Source: a virus (Duplodnaviria; Caudoviricetes). From it: a stretch of DNA of 53,938 nucleotides. The notes below the pieces were generated by a model. The model was not told the origin of the DNA and ran no database searches. It saw only the letters and a list, made by a program, of their open reading frames with translations. The DNA is taken from IMG/VR virus record IMGVR_UViG_3300033146_007470, positions 1 to 53,938 of that record. The stretch is one strand, 5' to 3'. The translations under genes were made by a program, and so were the position numbers. Shown here in pieces: positions 1-9,473 of the stretch; positions within the stretch are counted from its first letter, which is position 1, and each line of letters begins with the position of its first letter.

Positions 1-258
1 ATGGCAAGAGGAAAAAGAGGCGGTGGTAGAGCTTTAGGCGGTGGAGATGGCTCAGGAACTTGTACTGATGAAGAATTAGCTGCTATGGATAAAGAAGTTG
101 ATGACGTTGCTCGTGATATAATTACTAAAGGACGAAAACCGGTAGGAAGAAAAAGAATAGGTAGTAAAGACGGTTCTGGTGACGGGAGAGGCGATGGTAC
201 TAATTCACGTAACGGAAGTGGAAGACCTGCTGGTGGCAGAGGAAGAAATAGAAAATAA
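1..258 (+). CDS. small Gly/Arg-rich basic hypothetical protein
   Basis: ORF track; low-complexity G/R/D composition. Confidence 0.6.
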   Translation: MARGKRGGGRALGGGDGSGTCTDEELAAMDKEVDDVARDIITKGRKPVGRKRIGSKDGSGDGRGDGTNSRNGSGRPAGGRGRNRK

Positions 259-355
259 GTCTTAAATTAATAAAAAATTGTTAAAATAAAGCATAATTTA
301 TAATATAATCAAAGATTAATTCTGAAAAAATGGAAAAAAGTTTTACATAAAAAAT

Positions 356-427
356 AGGGATATAGTATAATGGTAGTACACATGGTTTTGGTCCATGACG
401 CGCGGGTTCAACTCCTGCTATCCCTGA
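356..427 (+). tRNA. tRNA-Gln(TTG)
   Basis: Cloverleaf: acceptor AGGGATA/TATCCCT, anticodon arm CATGG-TTTTGGT-CCATG, T arm GCGGG-TTCAACT-CCTGC. Confidence 0.93.
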
Positions 428-481
428 TGATACTGGTCGCATCATTTTGAGTTTAAATCTTGATAGGCTTGTAAATTTCGT

Positions 482-553
482 GCACTTATAGTTTAATGGT
501 AAAACGTACGACACACCAGTTGTAAGATGACGGTTCAATTCCGTCAAAGTGCT
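482..553 (+). ncRNA. tRNA-like RNA with 8-nt anticodon loop (copy 1)
   Basis: Acceptor GCACTT/AAGTGC, D arm GTTT-AATGGTA-AAAC, arm TACGA-CACACCAG-TTGTA, T arm GACGG-TTCAATT-CCGTC. Confidence 0.75.
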
Positions 554-562
554 TAATTTCGT

Positions 563-634
563 GCATTTATAGTTTAATGGTAAAACATACGACACACCAG
601 TCGTAAGATGACGGTTCAATTCCGTCAAAATGCT
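563..634 (+). ncRNA. tRNA-like RNA with 8-nt anticodon loop (copy 2)
   Basis: 81-bp tandem duplicate of 482-553; acceptor GCATTT/AAATGC, arm TACGA-CACACCAG-TCGTA. Confidence 0.75.
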
Positions 635-655
635 TAATTTCATTAAGGAGAATCT

Positions 656-1267
656 ATGAAAAAAAATATTATATTATCATATTTAACTTTAAGAAAAGTT
701 ATTGGCATTCTTGCTATAATTTTTCCATTTTTATTAATAATTGGTGGATTTACGGGAGGTCTTACAGGTATTGAACAATCGTTATCTGCTTATTATTGGA
801 CTAATGCAAATATTTTATTTGTTAGTATGCTTGTAACATTTAGTATTTTTCTTTTATCATATAACGGTTATGATAAGAAAGATATGATTTTAACTACTGT
901 TGCAGGTTTAGCAATGCTTTTGGTCGCAATATTTCCTATGACTGGAGGAACAAATTATTTATTTGCTTTCGTTAGTCCAGGAATAACAAGTGCGATTCAT
1001 TATGGGACAGCTACTGTTACATTTGTTTCTTTAGGTATTATGTCTTTCTTTCAGTTTACTAAAAGTGGAAAGCATGAAATTACTATTGCTAAAGGGAAAA
1101 GAAATAAAGTATATAAAATTTGTGGCATTATAATTTTTGCTGCGATTATAGGAATGGTTATAACAATGTTTTTACCTTTTAATTTAACATTTATATTAGA
1201 AAGTATTGTATTAGTGGCTTTCGGTATATCATGGTTAGTTAAAGGTGAGGCTATTTTAAAAGATTAA
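656..1267 (+). CDS. multi-pass membrane protein (DUF998-like)
   Basis: About 6 hydrophobic helices, SLSAYY and IHY motifs; SD AAGGAG. Confidence 0.7.
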   Translation: MKKNIILSYLTLRKVIGILAIIFPFLLIIGGFTGGLTGIEQSLSAYYWTNANILFVSMLVTFSIFLLSYNGYDKKDMILTTVAGLAMLLVAIFPMTGGTNYLFAFVSPGITSAIHYGTATVTFVSLGIMSFFQFTKSGKHEITIAKGKRNKVYKICGIIIFAAIIGMVITMFLPFNLTFILESIVLVAFGISWLVKGEAILKD

Positions 1268-1275
1268 TTTTCATT

Positions 1276-1543
1276 GCCGTCTTAGCTCAGCTGGCCAGAG
1301 CACGTGACTTGTAAATAAAATTGCACACCTTGTTAGTAATAGCATGAGTGAATGCTCTCAAATTCGGGGAAACCTTTAATATGGCAATCCCGAGCGAAAC
1401 CTTAGAAATAAGGGCCGTGTAGAGACTTAACGGGAGCCATCCTTATAGGATGAAGAGAAAGTCCAGACCACAAACCGTAAGGGCAGTGAAAATTGTAGTT
1501 GGTAAGAATCTCGGGGTCCTCGGTTCGAATCCGAGAGACGGCT
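1276..1543 (+). tRNA. tRNA-Thr(TGT), interrupted by a group I intron (exons 1276-1312 and 1507-1543)
   Basis: Acceptor GCCGTCT/AGACGGC; the spliced loop CTTGTAA restores the cloverleaf. Confidence 0.9.
1313..1506 (+). mobile_element. group I intron (194 nt, no ORF) in the anticodon loop
   Basis: P/Q/R/S-like elements AAATTCGGGGAA, AATCCCGAGC, GTAGAGACT, AAGAGAAAGTCC; P1 TGTAA/TTGCA with a U-G pair at the 5' splice site; terminal G. Confidence 0.9.
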
Positions 1544-1630
1544 TATATTATAATAAAGCATAATTAATAATATATTTAAAAAGATGAAAATCTTTTTTAA
1601 ACTAAAATGATCTTTTAAAATTAAATATAA

Positions 1631-2030
1631 GGGCTGTGTATGGTCCTCAAAGATAAAATTGGGTAACCAATTTAAAGGGGTTTAAGGGTGACGCCTCCCG
1701 CTGTAGTAATACAGTCTATGTAATAAGGATATTTTCCTTAATAAGGAGGTCAAATATGACTAGCTTGTTCCAAGCTATTATGATGCTTCCTAACTTTATT
1801 TGGTTATGATTTGATGGTTGTAACTTTTTTGCTATAGCAATAGTATCAACTTTATAAATGAAGTTGGGTAACCACCCACTATGTACTTAATTATCATCAA
1901 ATAATTGAGTTTGAATAAAGGTCTGTTGAGCAAAAAGAATTTGAACTGTTAGAAATACTTGCACTTACGAGTGACGGGATTATATAGTGGGTCAAAGAAA
2001 ATAAAGCAACAGATGATACTTTTTATTATA
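1631..2030 (+). ncRNA. putative structured RNA resembling the 5' domain of the downstream GOLLD-like RNA
   Basis: No long ORF; many hairpins; shares TAAAGGGGT..AAG.GTGACG.CTCCC with 2763-2789; boundaries approximate. Confidence 0.45.
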
Positions 2031-2043
2031 TATAAAGGAGAAT

Positions 2044-2706
2044 ATGTATTATTATTTATATAAGATAGTTGATACTAAATACAATGCAGAATATATTGGT
2101 GCTCATCAAACATTAGATCTAAATGATGGTTATATGGGTTCTGGTTTGATAATTCAAAATATTATTAAAAAACATGGAATCAATAGACTTCAAAAAGAAA
2201 TATTAAGTTTTTTTAATTCTAAAGAAGAATTATATGCTGCGGAAAAAGAAATTGTAAATGAAGAATATATAAATAGAAAAGATACATATAATAAAATGAT
2301 CGGTGGAATATCTGGTCCTAATCAAACTGGTAAGAAACATTATACTAATGGTACAAAAAATCGATTATTGAATGATTATGATGATATACCAGAAGGATAT
2401 TATTTAGGATGTACTACTAATTATTTAGTAGAAAATAAACAAAAAGCTGGTAGAAAAGCTTCTTTGAATACATTATTTATCAATAACGGTATTGATAATA
2501 AAAGAATAAATAAAAATTTACCAATTCCAGAAGGTTGGAATAAGGGTAGAATAATAAATTATACTATGGATTATAGTGTAATATCTGCAAGTAATAGAAA
2601 TAGTTTTTGGGTAACTAATGGTTTAAAGAATAAAAAAATTAAACATGGTGAAAATATACCTAAAGGATTTAAAAGAGGTAAAACGCAAAAAGTTAAAAAT
2701 AATTAA
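2044..2706 (+). CDS. GIY-YIG (Seg-like) homing endonuclease with C-terminal NG-repeat DNA-binding modules
   Basis: YYLYKI...YIGAH...DGYMGSG motif; three (Y/F/W)xNGxxN...P.G repeats. Confidence 0.85.
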   Translation: MYYYLYKIVDTKYNAEYIGAHQTLDLNDGYMGSGLIIQNIIKKHGINRLQKEILSFFNSKEELYAAEKEIVNEEYINRKDTYNKMIGGISGPNQTGKKHYTNGTKNRLLNDYDDIPEGYYLGCTTNYLVENKQKAGRKASLNTLFINNGIDNKRINKNLPIPEGWNKGRIINYTMDYSVISASNRNSFWVTNGLKNKKIKHGENIPKGFKRGKTQKVKNN

Positions 2707-2709
2707 ATA

Positions 2710-3550
2710 AAGGTCGTTTCGGATCTTTCTTTCGGGAAAAGTATAGTACATAGTAATATGTATAAAGGGGTAAAAGAGTGACGTCTCCCACCAATTTTAT
2801 TATTGGCACATCGAAGCAAGCTGACTTTCCAATGATTTCGCTTCCACGCGGAATTTTTAGAGACATTAGAGAAATGATAAGATGAAATTGTGGCCGACGG
2901 TGGCAATGAATTCTTCTCCGCAAGAGATAGTTTCTATGCAAAACTAATTATTTATGAGAAAGAACAGTAGTTATTTGGTGTGAGCTTTTGCGAGTTAGTG
3001 CTAGATAGCAGTTTAATAGTTTATGGTAAAAACATAGACTTGAAAAACTATAAAGTAGGCGGCAGCTGAAATATATGAGAGGTTGCGCATTTGGTAGGAC
3101 AAAATCTTATTAAACGCATGGTCAAGCACCTCTTGGTCAGAGCGAGAGCTCATTTAATTTTGTTCAGATGGTTGAACAATTTGCATCTCAAGCAAACGAT
3201 CATGGGTTCAATTCCCATAATTAAACACAAGCAAAAGCCTTGGCCGGTACTTGATGAAAATAGCTTAATCCTTCACTCCTCGGAGAATGAAGGTCCTGGA
3301 AGTTCGCAAGACGGAAGGAATTGATTGGAAGATGCATCTAGTCACTTAGCGGTGATTAACAATTCGCAAGATTGGGAGTAATTCTGATAGTTGAGTAATT
3401 AAGTATGACGAGAGCACAGCATCTCTCTAAAAAATGCAGCTATGATAGGAGACACTCTAGAGAGTGTGGAAAAGTTCTTAACATGATGGTTAGCACCTGA
3501 TTGATACGGGAACGAAGGTTTTATCGTAGAAAGTATATTCTCAACTTTCT
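2710..3550 (+). ncRNA. GOLLD-like giant structured ncRNA (~840 nt)
   Basis: ORF-poor and GC-elevated; GCAA/GAGA tetraloop hairpins; 3' motifs recalled from GOLLD (AGCAAAAG, GAAA..GCTTAA, CGCAAG, GAGTA, GTGGA, terminal GTAT.TTCTCA hairpin); lies in a tRNA cluster; followed by a terminator. Confidence 0.65.
3153..3226 (+). tRNA. tRNA-like unit (anticodon position CTC, Glu) nested in the GOLLD-like RNA
   Basis: TTTAATT/AATTAAA acceptor, GTTC/GAAC D stem, TTTGC-ATCTCAA-GCAAA, ATGGG-TTCAATT-CCCAT. Confidence 0.65.
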
Positions 3551-3560
3551 TTATTTTAAA

Positions 3561-3595
3561 AAAGATATAATCCGAAAATTATATCTTTTTTTTTT
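3561..3595 (+). terminator. intrinsic terminator
   Basis: AAAGATATAAT/ATTATATCTTT hairpin followed by a T tract. Confidence 0.75.
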
Positions 3596-3634
3596 GTTAA
3601 GATAATATTAATGGGTTATTTGCGGAGGTTGGTA

Positions 3635-5773
3635 ATGAATAAAAATATACTTCTTGTTGAAGACGAATTTATAATAGCTATAGGAAAGCAACAAGAGCTC
3701 GAGAACTATGGATATGTAGTTCAATATGTAAATACTGGAGAAAAAGCTGTTTCTATAGTAAATGAAAATACTGATATTGGTCTTATTCTTATGGATATCG
3801 ACTTAGGTAAAGGGATTGATGGAACTGAAGCAGCTGCACTTATACTAAAGGAGCACAATATACCTATTGTATTTATGTCTTCCCATACTGAATCCGAAAT
3901 TATTGAAAAGACTGAGAAAATAACCTCTTATGGATATGTAGTAAAAAATTCAAGCATAACAGTTTTAGACGCATCAATTAAGATGGCATTAAAACTATAT
4001 AATTCTTACGAAAAAATTAATAAAAGCGAAAACAAATTACGTCAAATTATTGATCTTGTTCCACATTTTATTTTTGTAAAAGATGAAACAGGTAAATTTG
4101 AAATTGTAAATAAAGCGACTGCAAAAGCTTTTGGAACCACTGTGGAAGACCTTACTGGAAGAAGAGATTCTGAATTTGTAGCTACAGAAGAAGAGAAAGA
4201 ACGTTTTAGAGCAGATGATCTTGAAGTGATAAATTCAGGTAAAACAAAAGTTATTTCAGAAGAACTAATGACTGATTCAAACAATAATACAATATACCTT
4301 CAAACTACAAAAGTTCCATTTAAATTTTCTTCTTCCGGGTCCCCGTCCGTTTTAGGAGTGGCTGTTGATGTAACAGAACAAAAAGTAAAAGAGAATACTA
4401 TAAAAACATATCAACAACGATTAGCTTTACATATAAATCAAACGCCTTTAGCTGTTATTGATTGGGATTTGGATTTCAATGTTATTTTCTGGAATAAATC
4501 AGCAGAAAAAATATTTGGTTTTACTTCTGAAGAAACATTGGGGAAACATGCTACTGATCTAATAGTCCCTGAAAATGTAAGGGATGAGGTTGACGAGGTG
4601 TGGGCTTCTCTTATTGGAAAAACTGGTGGGGCTCGAAGTACAAACGAAAATATAACAAAAGATGGAAAAATTATTCAATGTGAATGGTATAACACTGCAA
4701 TTATAAATGAAGCAGGAATTGTAATTGGAGTTTCCTCTCTGGTTATGGACATAACCAACCAGAAACACGCGCAATTATCTTTAACTAAAAATAAAAATTT
4801 TATTGATTCAATACTTAAATCAATACATGATCTAATTTTTGTTATTGACATCGATAAAAAATTTACTGCATACCATAATTCTTCAGATTATAAATTATAT
4901 ACTTCTCCTGAAAACTTTATTGGTAAAAGTATTTTTGATGTTCTTCCTGAAGATATTGCCAAGGACACAAATAATGCCATTGATGAAATATTAAAAACAG
5001 GAAAACTTCAAAAATTTAATTATTCGTTACATGTGGATGATGATGATCTTAGATACTATGAATCCAATATAAGTCCAATGTTTGATAGTGACAAAAATAT
5101 TATTTCGTTTGTATCTATAAACAGAAATATAACAGAACGCAAATTGTCAGAGAAAAAGATAGAAAAACAACTACTAGAAAAAGAAATAATTATTAAAGAA
5201 ATTCACCATAGAATTAAAAATAACTTAGCATCTATTGAAAGTTTTATTTCATTGCAAATTGCTAAATCAACTGATTCCAAAGTAATATCAGCTCTACATG
5301 GTATAGCTGGAAGAGTTAATAGTATGACTATATTATATGAGAAACTGCTATTAACTAATGATTGTAGTAAGATACCAGCAAAACAATATTTAACAAGTTT
5401 AATTGATGAATCGATTAGTTTATTTATAAACAAAAATATAAAAATTGAAAGTAATATAGATGATTTTAAACTTGATTGTAAAAAATTAGTTCCTATAGGT
5501 ATTATTACAAATGAACTTTGTATGAATGCAATTAAATACGCGTTTATTGATAAAGACTCCGGACATATAAATATTATTTTAAAAAAAGAAAATCAAAATA
5601 TCACTCTTACTATAACAGATGATGGTATTGGTATACCAAAAAACTTTGATATGAATAATCAAAGTGGTTTTGGTTTGATATTAATTGATTTATATAGTCA
5701 GCAATTAGATGGTGAATTCGAAATAAAACGTGATAATGGAACGAAATGTATTTTTAAATTTAATATAAATTAA
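3635..5773 (+). CDS. hybrid sensor: receiver domain, three PAS domains and a HisKA_2-type histidine kinase
   Basis: ILLVEDE/LMDIDL receiver; PAS repeats; EIHHRIKNNL H-box; NELCMNAIKYAF, DDGIG and GFGL ATPase boxes; SD GGAGG before ATG 3635. Confidence 0.93.
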   Translation: MNKNILLVEDEFIIAIGKQQELENYGYVVQYVNTGEKAVSIVNENTDIGLILMDIDLGKGIDGTEAAALILKEHNIPIVFMSSHTESEIIEKTEKITSYGYVVKNSSITVLDASIKMALKLYNSYEKINKSENKLRQIIDLVPHFIFVKDETGKFEIVNKATAKAFGTTVEDLTGRRDSEFVATEEEKERFRADDLEVINSGKTKVISEELMTDSNNNTIYLQTTKVPFKFSSSGSPSVLGVAVDVTEQKVKENTIKTYQQRLALHINQTPLAVIDWDLDFNVIFWNKSAEKIFGFTSEETLGKHATDLIVPENVRDEVDEVWASLIGKTGGARSTNENITKDGKIIQCEWYNTAIINEAGIVIGVSSLVMDITNQKHAQLSLTKNKNFIDSILKSIHDLIFVIDIDKKFTAYHNSSDYKLYTSPENFIGKSIFDVLPEDIAKDTNNAIDEILKTGKLQKFNYSLHVDDDDLRYYESNISPMFDSDKNIISFVSINRNITERKLSEKKIEKQLLEKEIIIKEIHHRIKNNLASIESFISLQIAKSTDSKVISALHGIAGRVNSMTILYEKLLLTNDCSKIPAKQYLTSLIDESISLFINKNIKIESNIDDFKLDCKKLVPIGIITNELCMNAIKYAFIDKDSGHINIILKKENQNITLTITDDGIGIPKNFDMNNQSGFGLILIDLYSQQLDGEFEIKRDNGTKCIFKFNIN

Positions 5774-5804
5774 GCATATATTATAATATATAAAGAGGGA
5801 TAAT

Positions 5805-6278
5805 ATGATAGTAGACACAGTAAAAGGTGATTTAGTGCAATTAGCACTTAATGGCAAATATGATGCTATAGTTCATGGTTGTAATTGTTTTTGTAAAATG
5901 GGAGCTGGTATAGCAAAACAGATTAAACTTGTCTTCCCGGAAGCATTTATTGCTGATGACAAAACACAAGCTGGTGATAAAGGGAAATTAGGGACTTATA
6001 CATTCGCGAATATTGAATATGAGTATAAAGGTAGAACAGATACGGTTACCATCATAAACGCTTATACTCAATATACGTATAATGCTAAAGATAAACCCGT
6101 TGACTATAATGCAATCAGGAAAGTTTTTACTCTTATTAATAAGGATTATGCAGATATGAATATCGGTATTCCTAAAATTGGTGCTGGTTTAGCTGGCGGA
6201 GATTGGGACAGGATATCAGCCATCATAGATGAGGTGACACCTGATTTAGATGTACATTTAGTAGAATTTAGTAAATAA
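5805..6278 (+). CDS. macro domain protein (ADP-ribose binding/hydrolase)
   Basis: VKGDL, IVHGCNC, MGAGIA, IPKIGAGLAGGDW motifs. Confidence 0.92.
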   Translation: MIVDTVKGDLVQLALNGKYDAIVHGCNCFCKMGAGIAKQIKLVFPEAFIADDKTQAGDKGKLGTYTFANIEYEYKGRTDTVTIINAYTQYTYNAKDKPVDYNAIRKVFTLINKDYADMNIGIPKIGAGLAGGDWDRISAIIDEVTPDLDVHLVEFSK

Positions 6279-6515
6279 TCATTCTGACCTATCGCAGGTT
6301 TGATATATCAAATTTGAGGAAGCTCAGGACATCCGGACTAACCGAAGGAGATGCAAATCATTGGTACTTCGTAAGATGCAACATAAACAGACTTAGAGTG
6401 AAAGTTCCTCTATAATAGTCGGGTTATGGCAGCTGGAAACAGCCATTCGTAAGAGTGAGACAGATGATAGGTAAGACTTATTAAGTCGAACAGAATCCTG
6501 GCTATAGGAATGATT
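6277..6515 (+). ncRNA. rnpB: minimal RNase P RNA
   Basis: P1 AATCATTC/GAATGATT; P2 ACCTATC/GATAGGT; CR-I GAGGAAGCTCAGGAC pairing with CR-V ACAGAATCCTGGCTA; only ~240 nt. Confidence 0.85.
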
Positions 6516-6521
6516 TTTTTT

Positions 6522-6545
6522 AGTCTCCTACGGGAGACTTTTTTT
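6522..6545 (+). terminator. intrinsic terminator
   Basis: AGTCTCC-TACG-GGAGACT followed by a T tract. Confidence 0.85.
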
Positions 6546-6584
6546 ATTCCTAACACATATTTATATAAGGAAAGGAGTATATAA

Positions 6585-7586
6585 ATGGCAAGGATAATAG
6601 TTCCAAAAGAAATATTTGTTGGTCTTCAAGTAAGACAAACACGTGGGAATCAAACATCAGCAGATGGTGAATCTAATGTGGCGTTAGGCTTCGCAACATA
6701 TTTAAATAATAAAGGTCTTCTTCAACATAAAGATACATTTAATAAATGGAGAGATACATCTATCCCTCGTTTTCCTTATGATAATGACCCTATTGTAGGT
6801 ATGAGTGTTCGTGGGAGTGTAGACAGATATAGATCCCACAACAAACTTGTTAGAATTGAGGACCCAAGAGGTTTTCAGCTAGAGATACCTATTGAGAATT
6901 TCATCGAGGTTATATACGAGTGCACTTTAAAAAACGGTGTTATTAAAGATGAGATGGTTTGGGGTTGGGATAACGGGCAGGTAAGACTTTATAAAGTTGG
7001 AGGAGAAAATTATAATCAGGGTATTGCAAATTTTAAATATGACGGGCAAAAAAATATACCTATGAAAACTATAAACTTGGGCGATACCATCCTTCTGGAT
7101 AATGGTGATACTGGTGTATATTACGGTGGGTGGCATATTGTTACTGATCACTTCGGTTGGAATGATTATGCAGCAAATATTAAAATCAAGAAAGTATCTT
7201 CAAAGAGAGTTTTCTTCGTTAAAGTAGATAAGGAGCATGCAACTTTCTATACGTATTCCTCTCTCAAAGTTAAAAATGTAACACCAATAAATGAACCTCT
7301 TAATAAGGGTGATATATTCAATCAATTCACATCTGAAATTAATAAAACGGTAAATTATAATTACAAACGTAGTCTTGCACATATTGAAGCCAAGAAAGAG
7401 AACTATCAATGGCATGACCCTAGATATAAAACACTTTACAATAAATATGGTTTAAATGATGAAGGTAATAATCTAATAGGTGTGGAAGGGTGTATGAGTT
7501 GGAGGGATGGTTTTTCTGATATATCTGCAATAAGTGATAAACCAATTAAAGACGAAATTATATATAATGAAAAAATTATATTTTAA
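6585..7586 (+). CDS. hypothetical phage protein
   Basis: 333-aa ORF with SD AAGGAG; IEDPRGFQLEI motif typical of large-phage hypotheticals. Confidence 0.8.
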   Translation: MARIIVPKEIFVGLQVRQTRGNQTSADGESNVALGFATYLNNKGLLQHKDTFNKWRDTSIPRFPYDNDPIVGMSVRGSVDRYRSHNKLVRIEDPRGFQLEIPIENFIEVIYECTLKNGVIKDEMVWGWDNGQVRLYKVGGENYNQGIANFKYDGQKNIPMKTINLGDTILLDNGDTGVYYGGWHIVTDHFGWNDYAANIKIKKVSSKRVFFVKVDKEHATFYTYSSLKVKNVTPINEPLNKGDIFNQFTSEINKTVNYNYKRSLAHIEAKKENYQWHDPRYKTLYNKYGLNDEGNNLIGVEGCMSWRDGFSDISAISDKPIKDEIIYNEKIIF

Positions 7587-7660
7587 TAAAGATAAATTGT
7601 TACTAAAAGCATAGTTTATATGATTTAGTAAAAAGAATACCAATTCCATTGGAGGAAAGT

Positions 7661-8239
7661 GTGATTTCAGATTTTAATGCAGATGAAACTAATCACATTT
7701 TATTTAAATTAGTGCCTGTTGACGAAACATGTATTATAATAAATTTAAAGGGTTTGATAGATACATATAATTCTCACTATTTCACAACTCAAGTAGAGAA
7801 AATAATTAAGGCAGGATATATAAAACTCATATTTAACTTTTATGGAGTAAATTATATGTCTTCTACAGGTATAGGGTCTATGATTGCTATATTAAAAATG
7901 TTGAAAGCTATACATGGAGCTGATATGGTCATGTATAACACTCAACCTAAGATATATGAAGTATTTAGTCTCCTTGGTATGACTGGTTTCTTTAATTTCT
8001 TAGAAGAGGAAGAAGAAGCTTTAGCCTTTTTCAAAACTGAAAAGCCAACTATTAAGAAAGAAGTGCCAAAGATAAAGAAGAAGATATATAGTACTATTGT
8101 TAAAAAACAGGTTGAATTCCCTTTAATAATTACATGTCCTTCTTGTAACAAAAGGATGAGAGCTCCTAAGCCTGGACGTTATAGATGTAAATGCAAAACT
8201 ATTTTGACGATAAATACTACGGGTGAAATAAAAATATAA
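7661..8239 (+). CDS. STAS-domain anti-sigma factor antagonist with C-terminal zinc ribbon
   Basis: LKGLIDTYNS and VNYMSSTGIG (phosphorylatable Ser); CPSC...CKC; SD GGAGG before GTG 7661. Confidence 0.88.
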   Translation: MISDFNADETNHILFKLVPVDETCIIINLKGLIDTYNSHYFTTQVEKIIKAGYIKLIFNFYGVNYMSSTGIGSMIAILKMLKAIHGADMVMYNTQPKIYEVFSLLGMTGFFNFLEEEEEALAFFKTEKPTIKKEVPKIKKKIYSTIVKKQVEFPLIITCPSCNKRMRAPKPGRYRCKCKTILTINTTGEIKI

Positions 8240-8436
8240 AAAGGAGTTTTAAATGGCATATAGTATAAAACACAAAGAGCAGATGAAACTTAAATGGACG
8301 GATGAAATTAAAATATCCAGACAAACTTTATATAATATTTTTAAAGTGTGTAACGCAATGAAATTGCTAGAAGAGTGGGCTACATTAGATGAAGAGCAAA
8401 TAGCAAACAAATTCTTTGATCTTATAGTTGAACATA

Positions 8437-8661
8437 ATGGCTAGAGTAAAATATCAGAGTTTTATTGTAGATTCATTAAACTATGATAATGCAGAGAAAT
8501 TAAAAAAGACTTTAGCTACTGTAGATTTTATCAGCACAATAAATATAGATGTTGGAGCTTCAACTATAACAGTAGGAAGTAAGATGAATGTTGAAGATGT
8601 AGTACGTACTGCTTGTGATATTAATTTCTGTCCTTTAAGAACTAAGATTAAAAGAAAGTAA
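8437..8661 (+). CDS. small protein with possible HMA-like fold, lacking CxxC
   Basis: Beta-alpha-beta pattern; gene packing. Confidence 0.45.
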   Translation: MARVKYQSFIVDSLNYDNAEKLKKTLATVDFISTINIDVGASTITVGSKMNVEDVVRTACDINFCPLRTKIKRK

Positions 8662-8663
8662 GC

Positions 8664-9473
8664 ATGGGCAAATTAACATTTAAAATAGTAAAAATATTAA
8701 TAATTCATACGATAATATCTATATTGTTTTCTGTATGGATGCGCTTTTTTCAAAATTACAACAACAATTTAATGTTGTTGCTTATATTTAGAATTAGTTT
8801 CATTATTATTACGACTACAATTATGACTGCAATATTTATGCACGTAATACATAAATACGATACCATAAAAGATTCTCTCTTTAACGAACAAGTTATTCTT
8901 ATAAAGGAAATGAATCATAGAATAAAAAATAATATTAACATCCTTACTAATATTATGGATATAAAAATGATGCTTTATAATGATGAAAATATTAATGTCG
9001 TTTTAACAGATTTAAAAAATAAAGCCTTCCTTATTTCAACAATACACGAAAAGATATATAAATCTTTAGATTTTAAGAGTATAGACTTTGGTTCCTATCT
9101 TAAGGATGTTATTGATTCTTCTAATGAATTAAACAATTCCGAAGTAGATATAACATATAAGATAGATGATATAAAATTGAACACAAAAATCGCGATTAAT
9201 ATTGTTTTAATTATACAAGAATTATTTGTTAATGCTGTAAAACATGGATTTGGGGACAAAAAAGATAAAATATTTGAAATTACATTACAAAAAGATGACT
9301 CTTTATTTCTAACTCTAAAAGATAATGGTACAGGATTTGATATTAGTAAACTGAATAAAGTTGAAATATTTGGTATTGAAATGATAAAATCTATAGTCTC
9401 CCAATATGGCGGAACTATAGATATTGAAAGTTCTATAGATGGAACTACTATAACATTTAACTTAGAGGTATGA
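8664..9473 (+). CDS. membrane HisKA_2-type sensor histidine kinase
   Basis: Two TM helices; EMNHRIKNN, ELFVNAVKHGF, DNGTG, FGIEM. Confidence 0.9.
   Translation: MGKLTFKIVKILIIHTIISILFSVWMRFFQNYNNNLMLLLIFRISFIIITTTIMTAIFMHVIHKYDTIKDSLFNEQVILIKEMNHRIKNNINILTNIMDIKMMLYNDENINVVLTDLKNKAFLISTIHEKIYKSLDFKSIDFGSYLKDVIDSSNELNNSEVDITYKIDDIKLNTKIAINIVLIIQELFVNAVKHGFGDKKDKIFEITLQKDDSLFLTLKDNGTGFDISKLNKVEIFGIEMIKSIVSQYGGTIDIESSIDGTTITFNLEV

Noticed and set aside
281-643. Minus-strand ORF with an internal repeat
   Set aside because: Antisense shadow of tRNA-Gln and the duplicated tRNA-like genes.
3008-3068. Second tRNA (Phe-like) inside the GOLLD-like RNA
   Set aside because: D-arm-like and anticodon-like pieces only; no T arm or acceptor pairing.
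2693-3324. Short ORFs 2693-2941, 2703-2906 and 3091-3324
   Set aside because: They overlap the structured RNA, have no SD, and have atypical composition.
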